Below, piece by piece: positions 19,629 through 28,755 of a DNA stretch of 58,571 nt. Location of the stretch: NCBI GenBank assembly GCA_964595655.1, contig CAZQQV010000001.1, forward strand, positions 1 to 58,571. Direction: 5' to 3'. The position numbers and the translations under genes were made by a program. The notes under the pieces were generated by a model. The model searched no databases. It was given only the letters and a program-made list of their open reading frames with translations, and was not told where the DNA came from. Source of the stretch: an uncultured Caldimicrobium sp. (lineage in GTDB: Bacteria > Desulfobacterota > Thermodesulfobacteria > Thermodesulfobacteriales > Thermodesulfobacteriaceae). How positions within the stretch are numbered: position 1 is the first letter of the stretch; each line of letters begins with the position of its first letter.

Positions 19629-19834
19629 TGGAAAAGGTTGAAATTATAGTAAAGGGTATGACCTGTGAGCACTGTGTGAGAAGAGTGGAGAAGGCTATTT
19701 TAAGCACTGGTAAAGCAAGAAATGTTCAGGTTGACCTTACCACAGGAAAAGTAGTTTTTGAAAAGGAAGATGATCTCTCCCTTGATGAGGTTAAAAATAA
19801 TATTGAAATGTTTGGTTATAAGGTGGAACTATAG
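19628..19834 (+). CDS. copZ: Heavy-metal-associated (CopZ-like) chaperone
   Basis: GMTCEHC motif, 68 aa. Confidence 0.85.
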   Translation: MEKVEIIVKGMTCEHCVRRVEKAILSTGKARNVQVDLTTGKVVFEKEDDLSLDEVKNNIEMFGYKVEL

Positions 19835-20506
19835 ATGAAGAGTTTTATTATTACTATTGATGGGCCTGCTGGCTCAGGAAAAACTACTGTAGCCAAAGCC
19901 CTTGCACAAAAACTAAATTTTGATCTCCTTGAATCTGGAGCTTTTTATCGTTATATAACCTGGAATTTTCTTAAAAATAGTTTAAATTTTGAAAAATTTC
20001 CAACAGATGAAGAACTTAGTAATTATTTAAAAGAAATTTTTAAAAAAAGTGAAATAAGGCTATCTTCTTCTGGAACTTATATAATTTTTAATGGAAAAAT
20101 TTTGCAGGAGGAGCTAAGATCAAAGGAAGTGGATGAACTTGTCAGCGAGGTTTCTGCAAACTCCATTGTTAGAAAAGAGGTTAATCAATATTTAAGAGCC
20201 TTAGCACAGGGAAGAAGAATTATTACTGAAGGGAGAGATATGGGAAGTGTGGTTTTTCCTGAAGCGGATTTGAAGATTTATCTTACAGCTGATCTTGAAG
20301 AGAGGGCAAAGAGAAGGGCAAAAGATGTGAATGATAGAGATTTTTTGGAAGTTAAGAAAAATCTCTTAGAGCGAGATTTGAAAGATAGTCAGAGAAACAT
20401 TGCTCCACTTAGTATACCCGAAGGGGCAATAGTAATTGATACAACCCATCTTACAGTGGAAGAAGTGATTGGTAAAATAGAAAGTCTTATTAAAGAGAGG
20501 TTATGA
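19835..20506 (+). CDS. cmk: Cytidylate kinase
   Basis: IDGPAGSGKTT, EGRDMGSVVFP, RDLKDSQR.IAPL. Confidence 0.95.
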   Translation: MKSFIITIDGPAGSGKTTVAKALAQKLNFDLLESGAFYRYITWNFLKNSLNFEKFPTDEELSNYLKEIFKKSEIRLSSSGTYIIFNGKILQEELRSKEVDELVSEVSANSIVRKEVNQYLRALAQGRRIITEGRDMGSVVFPEADLKIYLTADLEERAKRRAKDVNDRDFLEVKKNLLERDLKDSQRNIAPLSIPEGAIVIDTTHLTVEEVIGKIESLIKERL

Positions 20507-20817
20507 AAAGAGATATTTTGTCATTAGAGGAACACATAAAGAGAGAAAAGAGAAAGGCAAGGGAATTGAAGAAAACACGCTGGTGGAGAAGAAAAATTGA
20601 AAGGGGAATTTGTTATTATTGTGGAAGAAAGGTCTCCCCAGAGGAACTCACAATGGATCACAAAATCCCTTTAAGCAGGGGAGGGCTTTCTACCCGAGAA
20701 AATATAGTTCCAGCTTGCAAAGAATGTAATTTTAAGAAAAAATACCTTTCCCCTTGGGAATGGGAGGAGTACTTAGAACGCCTAAAGAAAGGAGAAACTA
20801 AATGTGCGGGATCATAG
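20503..20817 (+). CDS. Small HNH endonuclease-family protein
   Basis: CYYCG...LTMDHKIPLSRGG....NIVPACKECN. Confidence 0.88.
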   Translation: MKRDILSLEEHIKREKRKARELKKTRWWRRKIERGICYYCGRKVSPEELTMDHKIPLSRGGLSTRENIVPACKECNFKKKYLSPWEWEEYLERLKKGETKCAGS

Positions 20818-22646
20818 GCTATATTGGTAGTAGACCACTTCTTCCTGTTCTTCTTGAGGGATTAAGAAGGCTTGAGTATCGGGGTTATGACTCAGCAGGG
20901 GTTGTTTATTTTAAAAATAGGGAAATTGAAATCGTAAAGATAAAGGGAAGGGTTTATGACCTTGAGGAAAAGCTCTATCAAATGAATCTTAGCGGAATAA
21001 AAGCCCCAGGTCTTGGGCATACGAGATGGGCAACTCATGGTGAGCCCTCAGATTTAAATGCTCATCCTCATTTTGATTGCCAAAGGCAACTTGCCCTTGT
21101 TCATAACGGAATCATTGAAAATTACTACGAACTCAAGGAGAGGCTCTTAAAAAGAGGGCACAGCTTTGTTTCCGCAACAGATACAGAGGTGATTGTGCAT
21201 CTTGTTGAGGATTATTTAAAAGAGGGTTTATCTCTCTTTGAGGCTTTTCTTCGGGCAGTTAAGGAGCTAAAAGGGGCCTTTGCTATTGCTCTTATATCCT
21301 CTTATGAACCAGACAAAATCTATGCTGCTCGCTTTCATAGTCCCCTTGTTATTGGATTAGGGGATGGAGAAAATTTTCTTGCCTCTGATGTGCCAGCTTT
21401 TCTCACTTTCAGTAAAAAAGCAATTTTTCTTGAGGATAGAGAAATAGCCCTTATATCGCAAGAGGGGGTTGAAATTTTTGATTTTGACGGAAATAAAAAA
21501 CCTTTAAAAGTTGTAGAAATTCAGTGGGATGCCTCTCAGGCAGAAAAGGGAGGTTATCCTCATTTTATGCTAAAGGAAATACTTGAGCAGCCTCAGGCTA
21601 TTCAAAACACTCTCCTTGGAAGACTTGCACTTGACAAAAAAAGGATTGATTTCACCAATGAGAGATTAGACAAAGAATTTTTCAGGGATGTTAAAAAAAT
21701 TTATCTTGTTGCCTGTGGGACCTCTTATCATGCCTGTCTTGTTGGAAAGTATCTCCTTGAAAAGTATGCAGGAATTCCTGTTGAAGTGGATTTAGCTTCA
21801 GAGTTTCGGTATAGAGATCCCCTCATTGATAAAAACACCCTATTTATTGGAATTTCTCAATCTGGAGAGACTGCTGACACCCTTGCCAGTGTTAGGCTTG
21901 CCAGAGAAAAGGGCGCAAAGATTCTCTCCATCTGCAATGTTCTTGGAAGTTCTATAACCCGTGAAAGTGACAGAGTAATATATACTCAAGCTGGCCCTGA
22001 AATAAGTGTTGCCTCAACCAAGGCCTTTACAACCCAAGTCCTTGTCTTACTCCTTCTATCTCTTTATCTTGAAAATCTTTTCAAAAATGAGAAAATTTCT
22101 GATGAAATTTTTGAAAGGCTGATAAGTTTACCCCATCAATTAGATCAATTTATTGAAAGCACTTATCCTAAAATCAAAGAAATTTCAAAAAAGTGGTACC
22201 ATGTTAAGGATACTCTTTATCTTGGAAGAAATATCCTTTTTCCCATAGCTTTAGAGGGGGCTTTAAAATTGAAAGAAATTGCCTATATTCATGCTGAAGG
22301 TTATGCAGCAGGAGAAATGAAACACGGACCCATTGCCCTGATTGAGGAATCTGTTCCTTCGGTGGTTCTTGCAGCAAAGGAGACCGGGGTGATTTATGAA
22401 AAGACTCTATCCAATGCAGAGGAAATTAAATCAAGGAGAGGGCCTATAATTGGTTTATTCACAAAAGGTGCCTCAGAAATGCTAAAACTTTCCGACGACT
22501 ATGTGGAAATTCCCTACACTTCTTATGAATTATTACCGATTTTTTATGTTATTCCTTTGCAACTTTTGGCTTATGAAATTGCCGTTTTGAGAGGTTGTGA
22601 TGTGGATAAACCAAGAAACCTCGCTAAAAGTGTAACCGTTGAATAA
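20802..22646 (+). CDS. glmS: Glutamine--fructose-6-phosphate transaminase (isomerizing)
   Basis: MCGIIG, EYRGYDSAG, HTRWATHG, SQSGET, PRNLAKSVTVE. Confidence 0.98.
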   Translation: MCGIIGYIGSRPLLPVLLEGLRRLEYRGYDSAGVVYFKNREIEIVKIKGRVYDLEEKLYQMNLSGIKAPGLGHTRWATHGEPSDLNAHPHFDCQRQLALVHNGIIENYYELKERLLKRGHSFVSATDTEVIVHLVEDYLKEGLSLFEAFLRAVKELKGAFAIALISSYEPDKIYAARFHSPLVIGLGDGENFLASDVPAFLTFSKKAIFLEDREIALISQEGVEIFDFDGNKKPLKVVEIQWDASQAEKGGYPHFMLKEILEQPQAIQNTLLGRLALDKKRIDFTNERLDKEFFRDVKKIYLVACGTSYHACLVGKYLLEKYAGIPVEVDLASEFRYRDPLIDKNTLFIGISQSGETADTLASVRLAREKGAKILSICNVLGSSITRESDRVIYTQAGPEISVASTKAFTTQVLVLLLLSLYLENLFKNEKISDEIFERLISLPHQLDQFIESTYPKIKEISKKWYHVKDTLYLGRNILFPIALEGALKLKEIAYIHAEGYAAGEMKHGPIALIEESVPSVVLAAKETGVIYEKTLSNAEEIKSRRGPIIGLFTKGASEMLKLSDDYVEIPYTSYELLPIFYVIPLQLLAYEIAVLRGCDVDKPRNLAKSVTVE

Positions 22647-22661
22647 AGGGGGGGGAGAAAT

Positions 22662-22865
22662 ATGGAGTGCAAGAGAGAGCGCAATCTTAAAAGATGTAAT
22701 TGCACCTATGAGCCCTGTTCCAAAAAGGGAATTTGCTGTGAATGCTTGCATTATCACTTAAGAATGAGACAGCTTCCAGCCTGTGTCTTTCCAAAAGAAG
22801 CTGAAGCCACCTATGATAGAAGTTTTGAACATTTTGCAAAGCTTGTGCAAGAAGGGAAAGTATAA
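22662..22865 (+). CDS. Small Cys-rich protein (DUF6485-like)
   Basis: [18 protein letters not shown].....LPAC; G-rich SD. Confidence 0.75.
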   Translation: MECKRERNLKRCNCTYEPCSKKGICCECLHYHLRMRQLPACVFPKEAEATYDRSFEHFAKLVQEGKV

Positions 22866-22866
22866 C

Positions 22867-23223
22867 ATGGCCCAAAATTCAAAGGTTGACAAAATAGTCA
22901 AACTTCTTGAGGACAAAAAAGCTGAAGATATTGTGGTTATCGATATTTCTTCAAAGGTAGATTTTGCAGATTATTTTATTATTTGTAGTGCTCATTCTAC
23001 TAAGCATGCTCAAGGTCTTTCAGATTATGTGGTATTTGAACTTGAAAAGGAGGGCATAAAGCCTTTCTCTATTGAAGGTTTAGAATTAGGAAATTGGATT
23101 GTTCTTGATTATGAAGATATTATTGTGCACATTTTTTTTGAACCTATACGGTCTCTTTATGCCCTTGAAGAACTCTGGAGTGATTATCCACCCCAAAGGG
23201 TCTCTAAAAAGGTGTCTTCTTGA
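22867..23223 (+). CDS. rsfS: Ribosome silencing factor RsfS (Iojap)
   Basis: DKKAEDI, DYFIICS, WIVLDY.DIIVHIF....R..YALEELW; start moved to ATG 22867. Confidence 0.93.
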   Translation: MAQNSKVDKIVKLLEDKKAEDIVVIDISSKVDFADYFIICSAHSTKHAQGLSDYVVFELEKEGIKPFSIEGLELGNWIVLDYEDIIVHIFFEPIRSLYALEELWSDYPPQRVSKKVSS

Positions 23224-24923
23224 TGGGAGGAAAGAGCTGGCATGTGAAAGAGAAATTCCTCAATTTTCAAAAGTAATTTTTCAAGATTTTCTCCCGTTAA
23301 GGCAGAAATTTCAATCCCATGATATTGTCTTAAAACTCTTTCAAGAAAGGTAGAAGAATATTCAGGATTTTCTCTTAATTTATCTATTTTATTAAAAGCT
23401 ATAAGCCTTGGGTGATTTAAAAGTTCCATTTCTTCAAGGATGTCTTCCACAGAACGGATATGATTTTCCCAGTCTGGATGACTTATATCAACAAGGTGAA
23501 GAAGAAGATCTGCATTATACAACTCTTCCAAGGTTGCCTTAAAGGCCTTTTTAAGTTCTTCGGGAAGGTCTCTGATAAATCCAACGGTGTCGGTTAAAAG
23601 AAAAATATTTCCATTGGGGGTTCTTATAGCCTTGGTTACAGGATCAAGGGTAGCAAAGAGCTTGTCTTCGGCAAGATAGTGAGATTTGGCAAGGGTGTTT
23701 AAAAGGGTAGTTTTTCCAGCGTTGGTATATCCAATCAAAGCAACTACTTTGTAATTTAATTTTTTCCTTCTCTTTCTTCGAAGTTCTCTTTCCTGAGAAA
23801 TTCTTTCAAGCTCCCTTTGGAGTTTAGCAAGTCTCTCTTTAATTCTTCGCTTATCAACCTCAAGTTTGGTTTCTCCTGGACCTCTACCACCTATGCCACC
23901 TGTAAGTCTTGAAAAGGCGTCATCCTTTGCCCTTAAGCGGGGTAGGGCATAACGAAGTTGGGCCATCTCTACTTGAATTTTTCCTTCCTTGGATCTTGCT
24001 CTTTGAGCAAAAATGTCAAGGATAAGTTGGGTTCTATCAATGACTCTTAAGTCTGTAGCCTCATTTAGGGCTCTTACTTGAGAAGGAGAGAGCTCTCTAT
24101 CAAAAATTAAAAGATTGGCCCTGTTCCTCATAGCAAGAATCATAACTTCAAGAAGTTTTCCCTTCCCGATGACATACCTCGGATCAAGAGTGCTTCTTTT
24201 TTGTACAACCTCTCCTACAACAGTAACCCCTGCTGTCCTTGAAAGTTCTTTGAGTTCCTCTAAGCGCTCTTCCCAATAGAGATCCCCAGGCTCCCTCACC
24301 AGAATAAGAATGGCTCTATCTTCATTTTCTGCTATTCCCTTAAAAGGTTGCACTCTTTCAAATTCATCCTCAAGGTTTTTGATAAGTTCAAGAAAATTCT
24401 CTTTCAAATCCCAGACATAGACAGGTTTAAAGAAAAAGAAAAAGTTATCTTCTTTTTCAGAGAAAGCAGCCTGATAAAAATCTGAATGGGGAAGAATGTG
24501 GGCCAAGTGAATTTTTCCAGGCTCTCCTTTTTCGTTAACCTCAAGAGCTCCAACAAGATCCAGTCTGAGAAAGGCAAGATCTATTAGGTCATCTTGGTCA
24601 AGGCCACTTCCCTTTCCATTTTTAATGAGATGGGTATGAATTAATCTAAGTCCCTTGAGTCTTGCTATGTGATCTCTGTATCCCTTAAGTTCTGGTATTT
24701 CAATTTGATTGAAAGTACCAACAATGACATAATCTATTTCTCCTTTACGATTAATTAAAAGCCCTATTTGACGACTAAGCGAATGAGAGAGTTCAGCAAT
24801 TTCCCAAGCAAGATCTGTAGAAATAATGGAATTGGGATGAACTTTACGATAATATAGACGTTCTAATTTTCTTAATTCGCTTGGCTTTAAACCTTGAAGA
24901 TTTCCAAAAACTTCTTTTCTCAA
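23184..24923 (-). CDS. hflX: GTPase HflX with N-terminal extension
   Basis: GPGETKLE, GYTNAGKTT, LFATLDP, DTVGF, NKID. Confidence 0.95.
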   Translation of the reverse strand: MRKEVFGNLQGLKPSELRKLERLYYRKVHPNSIISTDLAWEIAELSHSLSRQIGLLINRKGEIDYVIVGTFNQIEIPELKGYRDHIARLKGLRLIHTHLIKNGKGSGLDQDDLIDLAFLRLDLVGALEVNEKGEPGKIHLAHILPHSDFYQAAFSEKEDNFFFFFKPVYVWDLKENFLELIKNLEDEFERVQPFKGIAENEDRAILILVREPGDLYWEERLEELKELSRTAGVTVVGEVVQKRSTLDPRYVIGKGKLLEVMILAMRNRANLLIFDRELSPSQVRALNEATDLRVIDRTQLILDIFAQRARSKEGKIQVEMAQLRYALPRLRAKDDAFSRLTGGIGGRGPGETKLEVDKRRIKERLAKLQRELERISQERELRRKRRKKLNYKVVALIGYTNAGKTTLLNTLAKSHYLAEDKLFATLDPVTKAIRTPNGNIFLLTDTVGFIRDLPEELKKAFKATLEELYNADLLLHLVDISHPDWENHIRSVEDILEEMELLNHPRLIAFNKIDKLRENPEYSSTFLERVLRQYHGIEISALTGENLEKLLLKIEEFLFHMPALSSHQEDTFLETLWGG

Positions 24924-24984
24924 GATCCTCCAAACTCTTTAGTTTTTTAAAAAATATAATAATCTTTGTCCAAAAAACAAGCCT

Positions 24985-25899
24985 TTATAACCCGAGACTT
25001 CTTAGTTTTTCTAAATACTCCTTTTGTTCTTGAGTTAACTTGGTAGGCATAGAGGGTTGAAGGATTACGAATAAATCGCCCTTTCCGCCTTCTCTCTTAG
25101 GGAATCCAAGTCCCTTTAAACGCAATTTTGCACCAGGTTTAATCATAGAGGGAACTTTTGTTTTCACTCTTTTACCTTCAGGAGTGGTAATTTCTATTTC
25201 ACCACCAAGAAAAAAGGTGGTAAAGGGAATTTCTTTTTCAATATAAATATTACCATTTTCAATTTTTACCCCTTCTGGGGCTCTTACTTTAACTCTTATG
25301 TTATATTCTTTTACTTTATTTCCGCTTTTTCGGGTAATTTTTAAAATAGTTCCATCTTCTATACCTGGAGGAATTTTTATTTTTAATGTTTCATAAGTTC
25401 CGGGGACAAAAACTTCCTTTTCTCCACCCTTGACCGCTTCATCAAGGGTCAAAGGTAGCTCAAATTGGTAAGTTTCATAAATTTCCCCAAAAGGAGAATA
25501 AGCCTCTTCCCCAAAGGTAGTTCCAAATAAATTTGCAAAGATATCTCCGAGATCAAAGGTAAAAATTCTTCCTCCTCTTTTTCCTCTCTTAAAAAACCCT
25601 GAAAGATCAATCCCCAGATCTCTAAAGACATTTTCAAAATCAAAATCTTTGAAAATATCCTCCTGAGTATATCTCTTTTCAAATTCTGTAGAGCCATAGA
25701 GATCATAAAGCCTTCTTTTTTCCGGGTCAGAGAGAACAGCATAGGCCTCATTTATTTCTTTGAACTTTTCCTCTGCCTCTTTATTTCCTTTATTTCTGTC
25801 AGGATGATATTTCATTGCAAGCCTGCGATAAGCCTTTTTGATCTCCTCTTGGGTTGCATTCCTTGGAACCCCTAAAATTTCATAGTAATCCTTTGGCAT
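24985..25899 (-). CDS. DnaJ class B / CbpA-like co-chaperone
   Basis: KDYYEILGV...YHPDRN J-domain, G/F-rich region, no zinc finger. Confidence 0.9.
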   Translation of the reverse strand: MPKDYYEILGVPRNATQEEIKKAYRRLAMKYHPDRNKGNKEAEEKFKEINEAYAVLSDPEKRRLYDLYGSTEFEKRYTQEDIFKDFDFENVFRDLGIDLSGFFKRGKRGGRIFTFDLGDIFANLFGTTFGEEAYSPFGEIYETYQFELPLTLDEAVKGGEKEVFVPGTYETLKIKIPPGIEDGTILKITRKSGNKVKEYNIRVKVRAPEGVKIENGNIYIEKEIPFTTFFLGGEIEITTPEGKRVKTKVPSMIKPGAKLRLKGLGFPKREGGKGDLFVILQPSMPTKLTQEQKEYLEKLRSLGL

Positions 25900-25983
25900 T
25901 TACCTACCACCTCCAGAAAAATTTTTAGTTTGTGCTAAAATAGACTAAAATAAAATATAGGTAATTCTAAGGGAAAATCAATA

Positions 25984-26454
25984 ATGAAAAAAAAGCCCTT
26001 TCCCGAGGAAATAACCTCTGAGGAAAGAATTCAAATCCTTTCTTATCTTGAGGATAGATTTGGAATAGATCCAAAAATTTTTGATAACTATACCATTTTC
26101 AAAGGAGCTACCCACTACTGGCTTTTCCCTAAATCAGTCTACCTTTCTCTCTTAAGAAAACTCTCCCCTGAGTCAGTTGGACTTCTATTTTTGAGAAAAA
26201 TTAAAAATTATTTGAAGCCCACATCCACCTTTTTACAAAGATTCGGAAAATTTGCAACCAAAAATGTGGTAAAATTAACAGAAGCACAATTAAAAACTTT
26301 ACAAGAAAACAAAAAAATTAAGATAGAACTTCCTATAGAGCCTGGTTATGTAATTTTGAAAGACGATTATTGGATACTTGGTTGTGGACTTTATTTAGAT
26401 GGTTATATCTTTTCTTACCTTGAAACCAAAGTAATAAAAACCTTACTTGATTGA
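25984..26454 (+). CDS. Hypothetical protein, possibly a stand-alone RsmF C-terminal/PUA-like domain
   Basis: YLEDRFGI, GL.F.R...KPTS..LQ.FG..A.KN pattern; SD present. Confidence 0.45.
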   Translation: MKKKPFPEEITSEERIQILSYLEDRFGIDPKIFDNYTIFKGATHYWLFPKSVYLSLLRKLSPESVGLLFLRKIKNYLKPTSTFLQRFGKFATKNVVKLTEAQLKTLQENKKIKIELPIEPGYVILKDDYWILGCGLYLDGYIFSYLETKVIKTLLD

Positions 26455-26455
26455 A

Positions 26456-27223
26456 CTATTTTGAACAATAAATTTCATAATAAAAATTATAGTTATCTTC
26501 AGAAAAGCCAACTTCTCCTATTTTTTCTTTTGCTTTTATTCTTTCCCCTAATGAAATATTTACAATACTAAACCCAGATAAAAAAGCAAAACATTTGTCA
26601 TTTTCAATAGTTATACTTAAAATGCCATCAAAAACACCAATTTTTTTTGCAATTCCATCAATGGGAGATAATACAGGTGTTCCTATTTGTACTTTTTTCT
26701 TATATTTACCCTCTTTTATAATTTCACCAGTTAAAGGATCATAAAAAATAGAGGATGAAATTTTGTTTTTAAAAATTGTAAAGTTTCCCTTCTCTACAAG
26801 CTTTGTATAATATTTTTCTTTTAGCTTTTTATTTACTTCAATTTTTTTTTGATACAATAAAGTGAGATTTTGATAAATTTTTTCCTTTTTAAGAAGCTCA
26901 TTATAGAGGCTTAAATAAAGATGAGAATAAAGAGAAATTTTTTTTCTTAATTCAAACCATTCTTTATCATTGTTAAAAAAAACTAAATTATTTTTTAAAA
27001 TTTTTTCTTTAATTAAAGCTAAAGCTATTAATTTTTTGATATTAAATAAATTTTCTTTTGTTAATTTTAATTTTTCTTGAATCTGATTAAGCTCACTTTC
27101 TATTTTTAATATTTCTTTTGATAACTCATCAATGTTTTCATTATGATAAGAAGAAAAAAGTAAATCATTAAATAATGATAACAAAAAAATTGCCAAAAAA
27201 AGAATGACTAAAAAATTTTTCAT
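26456..27223 (-). CDS. EnvC-like coiled-coil plus degenerate M23/LytM protein
   Basis: Signal peptide, coiled coil, GTPVLSPIDG...GERIKAKEKIGEVG; follows ftsEX; lacks the Zn-binding His motifs. Confidence 0.6.
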   Translation of the reverse strand: MKNFLVILFLAIFLLSLFNDLLFSSYHNENIDELSKEILKIESELNQIQEKLKLTKENLFNIKKLIALALIKEKILKNNLVFFNNDKEWFELRKKISLYSHLYLSLYNELLKKEKIYQNLTLLYQKKIEVNKKLKEKYYTKLVEKGNFTIFKNKISSSIFYDPLTGEIIKEGKYKKKVQIGTPVLSPIDGIAKKIGVFDGILSITIENDKCFAFLSGFSIVNISLGERIKAKEKIGEVGFSEDNYNFYYEIYCSK

Positions 27224-28071
27224 ACTCGTTTAAAACTAATAAAAATAATAAATAAAGGATAAATTATGATCAAGAAAATAAAATAAACAATAAAAAAGAG
27301 TAATTCATAAAAATTGTTAAAATTCGGAGAAAAATTTAAAAAAGGGAAAAAATAAATTAAATTTTTTGATACCAGATAATATAAAACAAATGATAAAATC
27401 CAGATTATAATAAGAGGAAAAATTATGATTAAAGCTCTAATTAGCTTTAATTTAAATATATGCCCACCTAAAAGCTGAAAAATTTCAATTTGATTTTTAA
27501 GATGATTGTTTAAAGCTTTATTTAAAAATACAAAAAATAAAAAGTAGAAAACAGTCCATAATAATAAAAAAATGACCATTCCATAATGGAAATATTTAAT
27601 AAAAAATAAATATTTAAAACCTGGTTCAAGTATAACTTCAAATTTATTTACGGATACTTCCTGTAATAGGTCTAAATCCTTTTTAATTCTGGACAAATCA
27701 CTAACTGATTTAAAACTTAATTTTATCAGATATGGAAAAATTTTTTCAATTTCTTCATTTTTTATAAACCCTTCTGGTAAATCTTTTTCAATCTCATTGT
27801 AAACCTTTTGAGGAGGATAGATCTCAACATTTGCAATATATTCAATTTTTTTTAAAATATTTTTAATATTCTCAATATTGGTATTTTCCTGAGGATAAAC
27901 TAAAATGGACACTCCTATTTTTTTTAAGTAATTTTTATTCAGTGAAGCAAGATTATCATATAAAAAAAAACCAAAAAGTGTAAAAATTGACCAAAAAAAG
28001 AAAAAAAGATATAACAAAAAATAATAAACAAAACCTTTTTTAAACTCAAGTTTAGCAATAGATATCCACAT
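27220..28071 (-). CDS. ftsX: Cell division permease FtsX-like
   Basis: 4 TM helices, IEIFQLLGG motif, downstream of ftsE. Confidence 0.7.
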   Translation of the reverse strand: MWISIAKLEFKKGFVYYFLLYLFFFFWSIFTLFGFFLYDNLASLNKNYLKKIGVSILVYPQENTNIENIKNILKKIEYIANVEIYPPQKVYNEIEKDLPEGFIKNEEIEKIFPYLIKLSFKSVSDLSRIKKDLDLLQEVSVNKFEVILEPGFKYLFFIKYFHYGMVIFLLLWTVFYFLFFVFLNKALNNHLKNQIEIFQLLGGHIFKLKLIRALIIIFPLIIIWILSFVLYYLVSKNLIYFFPFLNFSPNFNNFYELLFFIVYFIFLIIIYPLFIIFISFKRV

Positions 28072-28729
28072 TGGGTATAAGTTCTCCTCTATCTAACATA
28101 ATAATTCTTCCAGGTTTTTTAGAAATAATAGTTGGATCATGGGTGGATAAGATTATGGTTGTTCCTTTTTTATGTAGCTCCTTTAGAAGTTCAATAATTT
28201 CGCCAATGCTGAAAGGATCAAGATTCCCTGTGGGTTCATCAAGAATTAAGATGGGAGGTTCTTTAATCAAGGCCCTTACTAAGCCTATTTTTTGCTGCTC
28301 CCCCCCTGAAAGCTCTTTAACAAGCTTTTTGGCTTTATGAGAAAGACTAAATCTTTCAAGCCAATCATAAATATAAAGTTTTTTATTTTTTATCTTCTTT
28401 TTGGAGAGGGCAAGAGCTATTTCAAGATTTTCATAAACTGAGAGATCACCAAAAAGTTTGTGATCCTGAAAAACTATTCCTATTTTTTGACGAAAAGATA
28501 TTATTTTCTGATAGGAAAGATTGGAATAGGGCACTCCTTCGAGATAGATTTCTCCTTCTGTAGGTTTTTCTTCAGCATAAATTAGTTTCAACAGTGTGGT
28601 TTTTCCTGCACCTGTTGGCCCTGTTAGTAGTAAAAATTCTCCCTTTTGGATTTCAAGATTTATTCGGTGAAGAGCCCTGTAATAAGGAGGATAAATTTTG
28701 GATACGCCTTCTAAACGGATTAGGCTCAT
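28052..28729 (-). CDS. ftsE: Cell division ATP-binding protein FtsE
   Basis: GPTGAGKTTLLKLI, IGIVFQDHKL, LSGGEQQ, DEPTGNLDP. Confidence 0.9.
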   Translation of the reverse strand: MSLIRLEGVSKIYPPYYRALHRINLEIQKGEFLLLTGPTGAGKTTLLKLIYAEEKPTEGEIYLEGVPYSNLSYQKIISFRQKIGIVFQDHKLFGDLSVYENLEIALALSKKKIKNKKLYIYDWLERFSLSHKAKKLVKELSGGEQQKIGLVRALIKEPPILILDEPTGNLDPFSIGEIIELLKELHKKGTTIILSTHDPTIISKKPGRIIMLDRGELIPNVDIYC

Positions 28730-28740
28730 TATTTAAAAAT

Positions 28741-28749
28741 ATTATAACA
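28741..28749 (-). promoter_or_regulatory. Extended -10 promoter for ftsEX
   Basis: TGTTATAAT on the minus strand, 11 nt before the ftsE ATG, no SD. Confidence 0.55.
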
Positions 28750-28755
28750 AAACCT

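Noticed and set aside
20503-20817. HNH gene as a defence system or mobile element
   Set aside because: Embedded in the cmk-glmS housekeeping operon with no DNA methylase, integrase or flanking repeats.
26456-27223. Pseudogenised M23 peptidase
   Set aside because: Loss of Zn ligands is normal for EnvC-type activators encoded after ftsEX, and the ORF is intact.
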